Origin: Candidatus Limnocylindrales bacterium
GTDB taxonomy: Bacteria; Desulfobacterota; Binatia; UBA1149; CAITLU01
Assembly: GCA_035571835.1 (NCBI GenBank)
Contig: DATNBU010000017.1
Coordinates: 106,687-170,686 of the forward strand
DNA: 64,000 nucleotides
Direction of reading: 5' to 3'
This document shows, piece after piece, positions 45,992 through 56,307 of this stretch (positions are counted from its first letter, which is position 1; each line of letters begins with the position of its first letter). Made by a program: the position numbers and the translations under genes. The notes under the pieces were generated by a model. That model was given only the letters and a program-made list of their open reading frames with translations, was not told where the DNA came from and did no database searches.

Positions 45992-46702
45992 TCACGCCGG
46001 CATTGTAGGCCCGCCGCGCTGCCGGTGGAACATGAGCGCGGCATTCTCGAGAACTGCTGCCGCATTGAGCAAGGCGACGCCCAGCATCGCCGACTCGAGC
46101 AGCCTCGGCCCGAGGTCGACGTCGGGCAGCATCTCGAGTGCGCCGAGGATCGCCAGGCCGTAGTTGGCAACGCCCGCTGCGTGGCCGCGCGGCGATCCCT
46201 CGGGCTTGCGCGCGGCACGCAGGTCCATGCAGAGCCTCGCGAAGTAAATGCCGAACGACGCCAGCAGCGCGTAAACCGGCACGCGGTTTACGCCGTCCCA
46301 GTGTCGCAGCAGATTTCCCCAGACCGGCGGCGACCACAGCTCGGCGCCCGCGTAGAACAGGAACATGCACAGCAGAAAGCCGAAGTCGCAGAGATTGTCG
46401 ACGAGGCGTCCCGCGTAGTTTTCCCATCGATCGGCGTGCTTCGCCGCGGCTCCTTCGTCGACGCCGAGCGCGGGAGCCCGGCCACGATCGATGGCGCGGG
46501 CAACGCGGCCATCGACGAAGTCGCTGACGCACGCGACCGCCACGATCAGAAGCGGCACCGTGGAGCTCGTCGAGACGGCTCCGGACAAAACATAAAGACC
46601 GAGAACGGGGCGCAGGAGGCTGATCGCAGACGGCAGGAGAGCAGGCAAGGCCGCAGTCCGTTTCTTCAGGATGGCGCGGAACGCATGCGCGCGTCCCAGC
46701 AT
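45992..46702 (-). CDS. CDP-alcohol phosphatidyltransferase-family membrane protein
   Basis: DFVDGRVAR and downstream D-x3-D fit the CDP-OH transferase motif. Trimmed to MLGRAHAF. Confidence 0.65.
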   Translation of the reverse strand: MLGRAHAFRAILKKRTAALPALLPSAISLLRPVLGLYVLSGAVSTSSTVPLLIVAVACVSDFVDGRVARAIDRGRAPALGVDEGAAAKHADRWENYAGRLVDNLCDFGFLLCMFLFYAGAELWSPPVWGNLLRHWDGVNRVPVYALLASFGIYFARLCMDLRAARKPEGSPRGHAAGVANYGLAILGALEMLPDVDLGPRLLESAMLGVALLNAAAVLENAALMFHRQRGGPTMPA

Positions 46703-47991
46703 GCGAAGTGCCCGGAGGCGACCCGATCGACTCGTCCCGCATCGACGAGCGAGGCCACGTAGACGTTGCTCTGCGCGCGCGACGCGATCGGCGCACCGCC
46801 CTCGACTCCCATGTGGCCGGCGAACACGAGACGCGTGCCGTCGGCCGAGATCGGAGGGTGCGACACCGCGAACTGATCGAAGAACCACGAGAAGTAGACG
46901 AGCTCGCGGCTCGGATAGAAGTTGCTTCCGAGTCGCCGCTTTTCGCATCCGTGGGTTTCGATCACCGTCCAGCACATGCCCGCTTCGTGATCGAAGGCCA
47001 TCGTGACGAGCCGCTTTGAGCACGGCGTCCAGAAGAAGCTGACGATTTCCGTGTCGTCGACGATGCGCGCGTCACCGGTTTCGACGTCGACCAGCGTGAT
47101 GCCGGAATAGACGTGCGGCGAGTCTCCGAGTGCCTGCGACAGCGCCAGCGTGCGGCCGTCCGGCGACCACAGCATCGCCGTCTGACCGTGAACCTGGAGC
47201 ATCACGTCGATGCTGCCGTCGTCCAGACGGTAGAGCGCAAGGTACTCGCCGGCGGGATCGCTGGCATCCACGTAGGCAAGGCGGCTGCCGTCGGGCGACC
47301 AGGTCGGCGTGCGGAATTCGCCCGGAGTCAGCTCGACGAGTTTTCGGATCGGCACGCCCGCGCCCTGGCGGTTCGACGCGCCCGCACCCTGATTGATCGG
47401 TGCATCACCGCCGACCTGAAAGACCGACAGGCGCGCGTCTTCATAAATGCTGGAGCTGCCGCCGGTGTGCACAGCGAGATAGCTGGCACGCGGAGACCAC
47501 GACCAGAAAAGCGGCGCGCCGCGATCGACGAGCGTCGTCCGCCCCGGGCGGTCGACGCTGGCGACTTCGAGGTGAAGCTCGTCCTTGCCCTGCAGCAGGA
47601 TCGCGATCGAGCGCGAGTCGGGTGACCAGCTCTCGCAGACCGGCGCGGCTGCTTCGGTCATGCGCCAAAGCTCGCTCATGCGGATGCCGTCGTTGGCGAC
47701 CGTGTACAGGCTGGCTTCGGGCACGCTGCCCGAGCGGACGCCGAAACAGGCGATCTGCGAGCCGTCGGGCGAGTACGCAGGCCAGACGTAATGAAGCCGG
47801 TCCGAGCTCGACAGCTCGTTCCAGCCCCAGGTCAGCTTGCGGGTCGGGCTCCCGAAGTTCGATTGATAGACGTCGCCGTCGTCTCCGACATAAAGCAGAC
47901 GACAGGCTTGCTCCGCTTCCAGCACCACCACCTCCGCATCCACAGCCTCCAGCCAGAGCGCAGCGGCCGTCCCGGGACGAGGACGGGCCAT
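46666..47991 (-). CDS. TolB-like beta-propeller (PD40/WD40-like repeat) protein
   Basis: Five or more WSPDG-type PD40 repeats (YSPDGSQIA, WSPDSRSIA, WSPDGSRLAY, WSPDGRTLAL). Confidence 0.65.
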   Translation of the reverse strand: MARPRPGTAAALWLEAVDAEVVVLEAEQACRLLYVGDDGDVYQSNFGSPTRKLTWGWNELSSSDRLHYVWPAYSPDGSQIACFGVRSGSVPEASLYTVANDGIRMSELWRMTEAAAPVCESWSPDSRSIAILLQGKDELHLEVASVDRPGRTTLVDRGAPLFWSWSPRASYLAVHTGGSSSIYEDARLSVFQVGGDAPINQGAGASNRQGAGVPIRKLVELTPGEFRTPTWSPDGSRLAYVDASDPAGEYLALYRLDDGSIDVMLQVHGQTAMLWSPDGRTLALSQALGDSPHVYSGITLVDVETGDARIVDDTEIVSFFWTPCSKRLVTMAFDHEAGMCWTVIETHGCEKRRLGSNFYPSRELVYFSWFFDQFAVSHPPISADGTRLVFAGHMGVEGGAPIASRAQSNVYVASLVDAGRVDRVASGHFACWDARMRSAPS

Positions 47992-48055
47992 TGCGCCGGA
48001 GCGAAGCCACAACTTGTCTCGGCAAAAGTGGAAGTAGCGCTTTCGATTACCGCGC

Positions 48056-48841
48056 TCAGGTCCCCAGAGGACCAGCTCCACCGTGCTCGACGTCGATTCG
48101 AGTCTTACTCGAACTGCCGGCTCGCATCAACACAACCAGTGCGCCGACTCCGCCGTCGCAGGCTCTCGCGCTGGCGAATGCGAGCACCCGCCGCGAGCTC
48201 GGTCCGCGCGCGAGCCACGCCGGCACGCGTTCGCGCAGCACGCCCTGTCCGTTTGGCGAGTTTTTCCCTTTGCCGGTGACGATCAGCACGCAGCGATGAC
48301 CCTTTTTCTGCTGTTCGGCGAGGAATTCGTCGACCGCGCGGCGAGCGTCCTCGAACGGCATCCCGTGCAGATCGAGGTGTGCAGAGATCGCGAATTCGCC
48401 TTTCTCGAGACGACCGAGCGTCTCGAGGCTGACGCTCGCCGCTCGCGCCCGCACGTGATGGTCTTCGTAGGTGACGTCGAAGCCCTCGCCGCGAGCCATC
48501 GCGGCTACCTCTTCCTGGCGGCGCGCCTCGATGTGGGAGAGATCGGGGGGACGGCGGATCCGTACCCGCGTCGAAAGCTGGGCCATGCGCGACGCACCGG
48601 CGCGCGAGGTCGCCAGCAATTCTTCGTCGGACATCGCGGGCCCAGCCGCCGATGGCGCGGCTGCCACGCGAGGCGTTGCAGCCGCAACAGCCTTTGGTTG
48701 CACTATCGGAGGCCGGGGTGCGGAAACCGGACGGGGCGCCGGCGCTGCAACGAAGGACTTCGCGAAGTCGCGAAACGGCGAGTGGAACGGCGCTTGAACC
48801 GCAGGCGCCGGCCCGCTCTTGTCGCGTTTGCCCGAACCCAC
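48056..48841 (-). CDS. Smr-domain protein (stand-alone), Pro/Ala-rich N-terminus
   Basis: LDLHGMPFEDARRAVDEFLAEQQKKGHRCVLIVTGKG is an Smr domain. Confidence 0.65.
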   Translation of the reverse strand: MGSGKRDKSGPAPAVQAPFHSPFRDFAKSFVAAPAPRPVSAPRPPIVQPKAVAAATPRVAAAPSAAGPAMSDEELLATSRAGASRMAQLSTRVRIRRPPDLSHIEARRQEEVAAMARGEGFDVTYEDHHVRARAASVSLETLGRLEKGEFAISAHLDLHGMPFEDARRAVDEFLAEQQKKGHRCVLIVTGKGKNSPNGQGVLRERVPAWLARGPSSRRVLAFASARACDGGVGALVVLMRAGSSSKTRIDVEHGGAGPLGT

Positions 48842-48994
48842 AATGTCCTCCCGGCGTTTGCGCGCAGATGCGCGAAAACCAGTGGTCAGGATACGGGTCG
48901 TAGACTCTTACCGCCAGCCGGCATTCAACAGTTGCCCGCCGAGCCATATCGCGCCGCGTTGGATGCAGGAGACGAGGACGTTAGGATCGGCCCC

Positions 48995-49933
48995 ATGCAA
49001 GCGAAGCGTCCTGCAACATTCTCGCTGTTTCTCCCACAGGCCGGATTCCCGCATTCGATGCTGCGCGAGCGCGCGCTGCTGCTCGAACAGCTCGGCTACG
49101 ACGGGCTGTGGCTGGTCGATCACTTCTGGGCGCGCGGCCTTCCCGATCTCGAGTTCGTCGAAGGCTGGACGACGCTCGCGGCACTGGCCGAAGCCACGTC
49201 CAGGCTGCGTCTCGGGCTTATGGTGACGTGCAACTCGTACCGAAACCCCGCGCTGCTCGCGAAGATGGTCTCCACCGTCGATCGCATCAGCGGCGGACGC
49301 GTCGAGCTCGGAATCGGCGCCGGCTGGATGGACGAGGAATACCGCGCGTACGGCTACGATTTCCCGTCCATGGGCACGAGGCTCGAGCAGCTCGAGGAAG
49401 GCCTCGAGATCGTGACGCGCATGTTCTCGGAGCGCCGCACGACGTTCGAGGGCCGGCACTATCGCGTCGTCGACGCGCCGAACTCGCCGAAGCCGGTGCA
49501 GCAGAAAGTCCCGATCACGATCGGCGGCGCCGGCGAAAAGAAGCTTCTGCGGCTCGTCGCGCGCTACGCTTCGCGCTGGAACTGCCCGATGAGCAACGCA
49601 CACGAAATCGAGCGGCTTTGCGGCGTGCTTGCCGCCCATTGCAGCGACGTCGGCCGCGACGCCGGCGAGATCGTCGTCAGCGAGCAGATGATGGTCGTCA
49701 TCGGCCCCACCGAGGCCGAGTTCGAGTCGAAGTTCGAAACCGCCAAGGTGATGCTCGGCGGCTTCGCCGACGTCGGCGCGGTCGCAGTGGCCGGAACGCC
49801 GGACCGCGTGATTGCCGGGCTGCGCGCGAAGATGGACCGCGGCGTCACCGACTTTGCAGTGATGTTCGGAGATCTCGGACTCGACGACACGCTCGAGCTG
49901 TTTGCGCGCGAGGTCATGCCCGCGCTGCGCTGA
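48995..49933 (+). CDS. LLM-class (luciferase-like) flavin/F420-dependent oxidoreductase
   Basis: TIM-barrel LLM pattern (FSLFLPQ ... GYDGLWLVDHF ... RVELGIGAGW). Confidence 0.8.
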   Translation: MQAKRPATFSLFLPQAGFPHSMLRERALLLEQLGYDGLWLVDHFWARGLPDLEFVEGWTTLAALAEATSRLRLGLMVTCNSYRNPALLAKMVSTVDRISGGRVELGIGAGWMDEEYRAYGYDFPSMGTRLEQLEEGLEIVTRMFSERRTTFEGRHYRVVDAPNSPKPVQQKVPITIGGAGEKKLLRLVARYASRWNCPMSNAHEIERLCGVLAAHCSDVGRDAGEIVVSEQMMVVIGPTEAEFESKFETAKVMLGGFADVGAVAVAGTPDRVIAGLRAKMDRGVTDFAVMFGDLGLDDTLELFAREVMPALR

Positions 49934-49942
49934 TTTGCAGGC

Positions 49943-50857
49943 TCAGCTCGCCGCGCGCGTCGTGGCGACCAGGCGCTTGCTGTCGGCCTGCAGGTACTCG
50001 ATGAAGCGCTCGACAGCCGGGCTGAAGTGCTTGCCGGTGCGGTAGATGATCCCGATCGGACGCGTGATGCCGCGGTCGTTGAGCTCGATGCGCACGAGCG
50101 AGCCCGACTGGATCTCGTGCGCGCAGGCCTTGTCCGGAAGGATCGCGATGCCGGCGCCGACCTCGACAAGGCGCTTGACCATCTCGATGTTGTCGAGCTC
50201 GGCCACGTACTGCACCGCGACCTGCTTTTCGTTGAACAGGCGGTCGAGCGCGAGACGTGTCGGGATGCCTTTTTCGAAACCGACCATCTTCTCACCGTCG
50301 AGATCGGTCACGGCGATGCGCGGCTTGTCGGCGAGCGCATGACGCGGCGAGCAGACGACCACGAGGCGATCGGTGCGGAAATCGAGCACCGTGATCTGTG
50401 CGCGCGCGGTCGGGTACGCGACGATGCCGAGGTCGACGTTGCCGCGCAGCACCTGCTCGTACACGTGACTTGCGCGGTCGTATTCGAGGTAGACGTTGAC
50501 GTGCGGGAAATCGGCGAAGTAGTGCTTGAGCGGCTCGGAAAGCTCGTAGAGACCGATGCTGTGCACCGTCCCGACCCGTATGCTTCCGGTCACGACGTTG
50601 CTCAGCCCCTGCAGCTGCGCCTCCATCTCGTTGAAGCTGTGAAGGATCTCGCGACACGAGCGATGCAGGATCTCACCTGCGGCGGTCGGCCGGACGCTGC
50701 CGCGCTTGCGCTCGAGCAATCGCTTGCCGTAGCGCTCCTCGAGGCCGCGGATCTGCTGGCTGACGGCGGACTGCGTGATGAAGTTCTGCGATGCGGCCAG
50801 CGAGAAGCTCTGGTTTTCGACGACGTCGCAGAAGATCTTGAGCGTTTCGATGTGCAT
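49943..50857 (-). CDS. LysR-family transcriptional regulator
   Basis: N-terminal helix-turn-helix (FSLAASQNFITQSAVSQQIRGLEE) plus LysR substrate-binding domain. Divergent from ddl. Confidence 0.85.
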   Translation of the reverse strand: MHIETLKIFCDVVENQSFSLAASQNFITQSAVSQQIRGLEERYGKRLLERKRGSVRPTAAGEILHRSCREILHSFNEMEAQLQGLSNVVTGSIRVGTVHSIGLYELSEPLKHYFADFPHVNVYLEYDRASHVYEQVLRGNVDLGIVAYPTARAQITVLDFRTDRLVVVCSPRHALADKPRIAVTDLDGEKMVGFEKGIPTRLALDRLFNEKQVAVQYVAELDNIEMVKRLVEVGAGIAILPDKACAHEIQSGSLVRIELNDRGITRPIGIIYRTGKHFSPAVERFIEYLQADSKRLVATTRAAS

Positions 50858-51110
50858 GGCGCGGCTCCGGCCGTATTACCGGCCTTAACGTTCCGGCAAA
50901 AATATTTCGCGAATTCTTATAGCGAGGCGATTTCCGACAGCCAAGCGATGCGGGCTAACCCTGTCGATAAGCCCGGCTTCATGGCGGCCCTCTGCACGGC
51001 ATCGCCGGCGCCATTTGGCCATGTCCGCCGCGATGCTAGACAGGCGCGCCGGAATGCAGCGGCGGGCGGTGCGGTAGAGGGGCCTGCATGGAAGCGGAGC
51101 GGGAGTGGAG

Positions 51111-52190
51111 ATGAAAGGAACCAGCAAACTACACGTGCTGCTGCTTGCCGGCGGCCGATCGGCGGAACATCCGATCTCGCTCCGCTCCGGTGCCACGGTG
51201 CTCGACGGCCTCGTGAAGGCCGGGCATCGCGTGACGCCGGTGGGGATCACGCGCGAAGGCCTCTGGGTCCACGGCAACCTCGCCGCGCAGCTCGAGAAAG
51301 CCCGCACCGGCATCATCGATCTCGACCCGGCCGGCATGACGCCGGTCGCGCTCGTCTGGACCGGGTCGGCGACCCGGCTGATCGCGCCGGGCGGCGAGAA
51401 TCTCGGGAGCGCGGGCGATCCGATCGATGTCGTGTTCCCGATCCTTCACGGGCCGAACGGTGAGGACGGAACGCTGCAGGGCCTGCTCGAGCTTGCGCGC
51501 GTGCCGTACGTCGGCGCCGGGCCGACCGCGAGCGCGATCGCCATGGACAAGCTCGCGATGAAGATGCTCTGCGATGCCGCGGCCATCCCGCAGGTCGAGT
51601 TCTTCTCCGCAGGCAGCGATGACGACTCCGCGATCGATGCGCGCGTGTGCTCGTCGTTCGGGTACCCGTGCTACGTCAAGCCGGCCAATCTCGGCTCGTC
51701 GGTCGGCGTCACGCGCGTGCGCGAGGCATCCGGGCTTGCGCCGGCTCTCGCCGAAGCCCGCCGCCACGACAGTCGCGTGATCGTCGAGCGCGGCTGCGAC
51801 GCGCGCGAGATCGAGATCGGAATCCTCGGCAGCAAACCCGGCGAGCTGTCGCCGGTCGGAGAGATCCTGCCGGCCGACGGGATCTACGACTTTGACAGCA
51901 AGTACGTCGACGCGAGCGCAGGCCTTCGCGCGCCGACCGAGATTCCGGCGGCGGCGCTCGAGGATCTGCACCGCATCGCGCACCAGGCGTGGGAAATGAT
52001 CGGCGGGCGCGGCATGGCGAGAATCGACTTCTTCCTGGAGAAATCGACCGGCCGCGTGCTGCTGAACGAGATCAACACGATCCCGGGCTTCACGGCAATC
52101 AGCATGTATCCTCGCTTGTGGAACGCGGCCGGGCTGACGCTCGACGAGCTCGTCGACCGGCTGCTCGAGCTCGCGCTCGAACGCAGATGA
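51111..52190 (+). CDS. ddl: D-alanine--D-alanine ligase
   Basis: ATP-grasp Ddl motifs (LHGPNGEDGTLQGLLE, YVKPANLGSSVG, FFLE ... LNEINTIPGFT). GGAG RBS before the ATG. Confidence 0.9.
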   Translation: MKGTSKLHVLLLAGGRSAEHPISLRSGATVLDGLVKAGHRVTPVGITREGLWVHGNLAAQLEKARTGIIDLDPAGMTPVALVWTGSATRLIAPGGENLGSAGDPIDVVFPILHGPNGEDGTLQGLLELARVPYVGAGPTASAIAMDKLAMKMLCDAAAIPQVEFFSAGSDDDSAIDARVCSSFGYPCYVKPANLGSSVGVTRVREASGLAPALAEARRHDSRVIVERGCDAREIEIGILGSKPGELSPVGEILPADGIYDFDSKYVDASAGLRAPTEIPAAALEDLHRIAHQAWEMIGGRGMARIDFFLEKSTGRVLLNEINTIPGFTAISMYPRLWNAAGLTLDELVDRLLELALERR

Positions 52191-52831
52191 AGAACCGCGT
52201 CGCGCTTGGCGGTCTGCTGGCCCTCTCCGTTGCAGCGGGAGCATGGCTGTTCATGCCGGCGCCGCAGACGGAATCGGTTCGCTCGTGCGACCAGGGCGGA
52301 GCATGCACGGCTCCGGAAGTCGCAGCGCCGGACGAAAGCGCGACAGGAGATTCACAGCAGACAAGCGCACCTGACCAGCCGGTCGCGGTGGATCGGACCG
52401 CTCAGGCGCCAGCGGCGGCACCAGCCGCACCAACAGCTGCCGCGCCACCCGCGGACGGCATCGCGCTGCGCAAGCAGGCCGACGAGCTTCGTGCGGCCGG
52501 CCGGATCCCCGAAGCGATCGTGGCTCTGAAAGCGGCAACCAGGGCGGACCCGAGCGCGCGCAACCACGGCGACCTCGGCGAGATGCTGGCGAGCGTGCTG
52601 GCAATGGACGAGGCGCTCATCCACCTGCGCAAGGCTGCAGATCTGGATCCGGGCAACGCCGACCGCTGGATCACGCTCGCCAACGCGTACTACCGGAAAA
52701 TGGACCCCGGCAAGGCGTGGGCTGCCGAGAAGCGGGCCAAACAGGCCGATCCCGGCCTGGAGCTCGGTTTCGATGCCGGTGGAAGGCGGGTCCGAAAACC
52801 CGCCGGGGCGGGTGACTCACCCGCGCAATAG
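52187..52831 (+). CDS. Secreted TPR-repeat protein
   Basis: ATGA overlap with the ddl stop. Signal peptide, Ala/Pro-rich linker, then TPR-like helices. Confidence 0.6.
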   Translation: MKNRVALGGLLALSVAAGAWLFMPAPQTESVRSCDQGGACTAPEVAAPDESATGDSQQTSAPDQPVAVDRTAQAPAAAPAAPTAAAPPADGIALRKQADELRAAGRIPEAIVALKAATRADPSARNHGDLGEMLASVLAMDEALIHLRKAADLDPGNADRWITLANAYYRKMDPGKAWAAEKRAKQADPGLELGFDAGGRRVRKPAGAGDSPAQ

Positions 52832-52996
52832 CAGTAGAACGTGTCGCGCTCGGCGGTGACGACCAACGCCGTCCCAGAAACAGAATTGACCGAACTTTCG
52901 TCACCATGGTAGGCAGCCGATGGCCTTTGCGATCGGCACCGAGCCTCCCATGGCAAGTCCGAACATGCTGATCCGAAGCGGGAGGGTGCTTCATCC

Positions 52997-54667
52997 ATGA
53001 ACAATCCAAGGTTTTTCCAATCGATTCTTGCGACCGCGGCATTCGCGCTCGTCCTTGCGGCGCAGCCGGCGTTCGCCGACTGCATCGACGGCCAAGTCTG
53101 TCGCGCCTCCACGGGAGTATGCGACGTCACAGAATACTGTGGCAACGGCGGGATCTGTGGGCCCGACACGGTCGCTCCGTTCGGTCTGGGGTGCCGAGCG
53201 GCCTCGGGCGAAGAATACGACGTCGCAGAGTTCTGTGACGGCGTGCACCCGACGTGCCCGGGCAACGAAGTCCGCGCGCAGGGCAAGAACGGCGGTTATT
53301 TCCGCATGACCTTCCCCGACAACTGGGACGGTGATCTCGTCATCATCAACCACGGCTTCGATCTGAACCCGCTGCACATCCGCCCGCACCACACCTGCGG
53401 CGATGCGTCAGCGTCCCCGTGCTACGATGACGTCGACTGCACCGCAGGCAGCGACGCCCAGCAGTTCTGCAACGACATCTCGTACACCGGCCTTGACGAT
53501 CTCCTGCTCCCGCAGGGCAAGGCAGTCGCAGCCGGCACCTACAGCAGCACCGGCTGGGCGGTCTTCGATTCGGCCAAGGACATCAAGGACATGATGTCGT
53601 TCGCCAAGAAGAACGCAGTCGACATTACCGGCACCGAGCTGAAGCGCGTCATCATCACCGGCTTCTCGCTCGGCGGCGCGGTCACCGGCGATGCGATCCT
53701 GAAGCTGAAGATCCAGGGCGCGGTTCCGCTCTGCGCCGCAGTCGGCGGCGGACTTCCGACCTGGGACGTGGCCATGGACGTCCGGCTGGTCTACGACTTC
53801 CTTTGTGACAACGCGCCGACACTCCCTCCGATTCCGGTATCGCCCAAGTTCAACGAAGCTCCGGATTACGGTCTCACTACGACGAACGACTCGGACGCCG
53901 ATGCCCAGAACATGGCGCTCAAGGTCAATGGCTGTTTCGGCTGGCTGGCTCCTTCACCCGACTCCGGCGAAGCAGCCGGACAGGCGCAGCGCCTGTCCGA
54001 CTTCATCGAGCTGACGCAGTTCACCGGATACCCGACTCCGGCAGACGCGATCAACATCCCGAGCGCAATGGGTTTTGCGACCCTCGGGCTCGGAGATTTC
54101 GTCCGCGACCCGAACCGCCTCGACTCGAAGAAGATCGGCTTCAACACCGATCCCGACCTCGATTACTCGGCGCTCGGCGGCTCGCCGCTGGCGGGTCCGT
54201 TCGACGACGGCGTCAAACGCCTGACCAAGGGCGCGGGACGAAAGACACTGAACAAGTACAGCAACCCGAACTTCCTCAAGGGCAAGGGCAAGAAGGTGAA
54301 TTTCCCGATCCTGATGATGGCCGGCGCCAACGACTGGCTTGTCATCCCGGAGTTCGAGCGCGTCTTCACGACGGCCCTTGCCGACGGCAGCAAGCCGGTC
54401 ACGCAGACGTGGATCGATACGTTCGGCCACTGCGTGTTCACCGAGCAGGAAGTTACGGCGACGTTCAACGCGTTCTTTGCGTGGCTCGGACCGTACGGAA
54501 GCTCCCTCAACGCGCAGCCGACGAAGGAAGAGATCCACACCGCGTGTCTCGCGCTGCCCGGCGCGACCGCGTCGGACTGCAACTTCAACGATACGTTCAC
54601 ACCGAACGCGCTGATGAACCGCATCCCGGCACGCGAGGACTGGCCGGAGGCAGCCGCCCACCTCTGA
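52997..54667 (+). CDS. Secreted alpha/beta-hydrolase-like protein (putative esterase/lipase) with Cys-rich N-terminal module
   Basis: GGGAGGGTG RBS. Signal peptide, 12 Cys in the first 130 aa, then GFSLGGAV (GxSxG). Confidence 0.6.
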   Translation: MNNPRFFQSILATAAFALVLAAQPAFADCIDGQVCRASTGVCDVTEYCGNGGICGPDTVAPFGLGCRAASGEEYDVAEFCDGVHPTCPGNEVRAQGKNGGYFRMTFPDNWDGDLVIINHGFDLNPLHIRPHHTCGDASASPCYDDVDCTAGSDAQQFCNDISYTGLDDLLLPQGKAVAAGTYSSTGWAVFDSAKDIKDMMSFAKKNAVDITGTELKRVIITGFSLGGAVTGDAILKLKIQGAVPLCAAVGGGLPTWDVAMDVRLVYDFLCDNAPTLPPIPVSPKFNEAPDYGLTTTNDSDADAQNMALKVNGCFGWLAPSPDSGEAAGQAQRLSDFIELTQFTGYPTPADAINIPSAMGFATLGLGDFVRDPNRLDSKKIGFNTDPDLDYSALGGSPLAGPFDDGVKRLTKGAGRKTLNKYSNPNFLKGKGKKVNFPILMMAGANDWLVIPEFERVFTTALADGSKPVTQTWIDTFGHCVFTEQEVTATFNAFFAWLGPYGSSLNAQPTKEEIHTACLALPGATASDCNFNDTFTPNALMNRIPAREDWPEAAAHL

Positions 54668-54712
54668 CCCTGTCATGATCCTTTAGTCGTCCCGGTTCTC
54701 CGGGATCAATCC

Positions 54713-54750
54713 AACGCCCCCGGCAGTCATGCCGGGGGCGTTGTCGTTTT
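54713..54750 (+). terminator. Rho-independent terminator for the hydrolase gene (hairpin overlaps last codons of convergent CoA-ligase gene)
   Basis: AACGCCCCCGGCA-GTCA-TGCCGGGGGCGTT followed by GTCGTTTT. Confidence 0.5.
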
Positions 54751-56307
54751 GAGCGTGCGCCGCAGCACCTTGCCGGCTGCGTTCTTCGGAAGCTCGGCGA
54801 CGAAATCGAACGAGCGCGGCTTCTTGTAGCCCGCCGTGCGCTCGGCTACGTGCGCGGCCAGCTCGCCTGCATCGACGCTCGCACCGGCCCGCAGCACGAC
54901 GACCGCGTGCACGCGCTCGCCCCACTCCGGATCGCTGCGGCCGACGACCGCTGCTTCGAGCACTGCGGGATGCTCGGACAGGGCATCCTCGACCTCGCGC
55001 GGATAGATGTTGAAGCCGCCGCTGACGATCATGTCGTGCAGCCGGTCGACGATCGTGACGAAGCCTTCCTCGTCGCGGACAGCAACGTCGCCGGTGTGCA
55101 TCCAGCCTTCGGCATCGAGGCCCTTGGCGTCGCCGCGGCTTCCGCCCCAGTAGCCGAGCATCGTGTTGCGGCCGCGCAGGAGGATCTCTCCTGCTTCGCC
55201 GGATGCCGCGTCGCCGCCATCGCCGCGCAGGATGCGCAGCTCGCCGACCGCGGTCGGCCGGCCGCAGCTCGACAGCCGTCGTCTTCGCGCTTCGGCGGTT
55301 CCTGCGACCACGTGGTCTTCGCGCCGCAGCGCCGCAACCGGCCAGTTCGATTCGGTCAATCCGTAGATCTGGACGAAGACGGGGCCGAGAAGCTCGAGCC
55401 CGCGCTCGAGACGATCGGCCGGCATTGACGCACCGCCGTAAACGATCGTGCGCAGGGTCACCGGTCGCTCATTGGCCGGGCATTCGGCGACGGCTTCGAT
55501 GAAGCGCACGAGCATCGTCGGCACCAGGAACGCGGCGGTGACGCGCTCGCGTCGCACCAGCTCGACGAATCCGCGCGCGTCGAAGTGGTCGGCGAGCAGC
55601 GCTTGCGCGCCGCAGACGGCGTGCGGCAGCCACATCGCGCCGGCGGCGTGCGTCATCGGCGCGACCTGCGCGAGCACATCGCTTTCGGCGAGCGGGCCGA
55701 TCACGTCGGTGACGACCTCGACCGAAGCGTCGTAGCAGCGGCGCGGCAGCACGGCGCCTTTCGGATGCCCGGCGGTGCCAGACGTGTATCGGATGCGAAC
55801 CGGATCTTCGGGACCCGGCCCGCTGCGAGGCACCCTGGGCTTGCCGGAGCGAAGAAATTCGTCCCAGCCGCCCGACGCGCCGACTTCGATGACCATCGCC
55901 CGTTCGGGAAGCGCGCGGCGGTCGATGCGATCGCGGTAGCGCTCGGAAACGACGACCGCCGACGGCGCGCAGTCCAACAGAATGGCCGCGTGCTCGGCTG
56001 GCGACGAGCGCACGTTGAGCGCAACCCAGACGATCCCCGTCAGCAGGCATGCCCATTCGCTGGCAACGATCTCGACCGAATTGTCGAGCAGGACCGCGAT
56101 GCGATCGCCGCGGCGGATGCCATGGGCCGCCAGAGCGTCCGCGAAGCAGAGCGTCTGCCGGTAGAGCTCGCCGTACGACGTCGGTGCGCCGCGCATGTAG
56201 CGGTGCGCGCTCTGATCCCATGCGAGCGCCGAGAGCGCCGGACGCTCGCTGTGGCGCTCGGCAAGCTCGTGAAGAAGCTGTACGACCGACGACAACGGTA
56301 ACGTCAC
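54727..56307 (-). CDS. Long-chain fatty-acid--CoA ligase (AMP-dependent synthetase)
   Basis: YTSGTAGHPKG, YGLTE and GWMHTGD motifs. GTG start in GTGA overlap with the coaE stop. The listed ORF extends upstream but overlaps coaE. Confidence 0.8.
   Translation of the reverse strand: MTLPLSSVVQLLHELAERHSERPALSALAWDQSAHRYMRGAPTSYGELYRQTLCFADALAAHGIRRGDRIAVLLDNSVEIVASEWACLLTGIVWVALNVRSSPAEHAAILLDCAPSAVVVSERYRDRIDRRALPERAMVIEVGASGGWDEFLRSGKPRVPRSGPGPEDPVRIRYTSGTAGHPKGAVLPRRCYDASVEVVTDVIGPLAESDVLAQVAPMTHAAGAMWLPHAVCGAQALLADHFDARGFVELVRRERVTAAFLVPTMLVRFIEAVAECPANERPVTLRTIVYGGASMPADRLERGLELLGPVFVQIYGLTESNWPVAALRREDHVVAGTAEARRRRLSSCGRPTAVGELRILRGDGGDAASGEAGEILLRGRNTMLGYWGGSRGDAKGLDAEGWMHTGDVAVRDEEGFVTIVDRLHDMIVSGGFNIYPREVEDALSEHPAVLEAAVVGRSDPEWGERVHAVVVLRAGASVDAGELAAHVAERTAGYKKPRSFDFVAELPKNAAGKVLRRTLKTTTPPA

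Noticed and set aside
50858-51110. AT-richer lysR-ddl divergent region as a possible sRNA locus
   Set aside because: Its length and position are fully explained by two divergent promoters plus LysR operator sites. No hairpin/terminator pair suggesting an independent transcript was seen.
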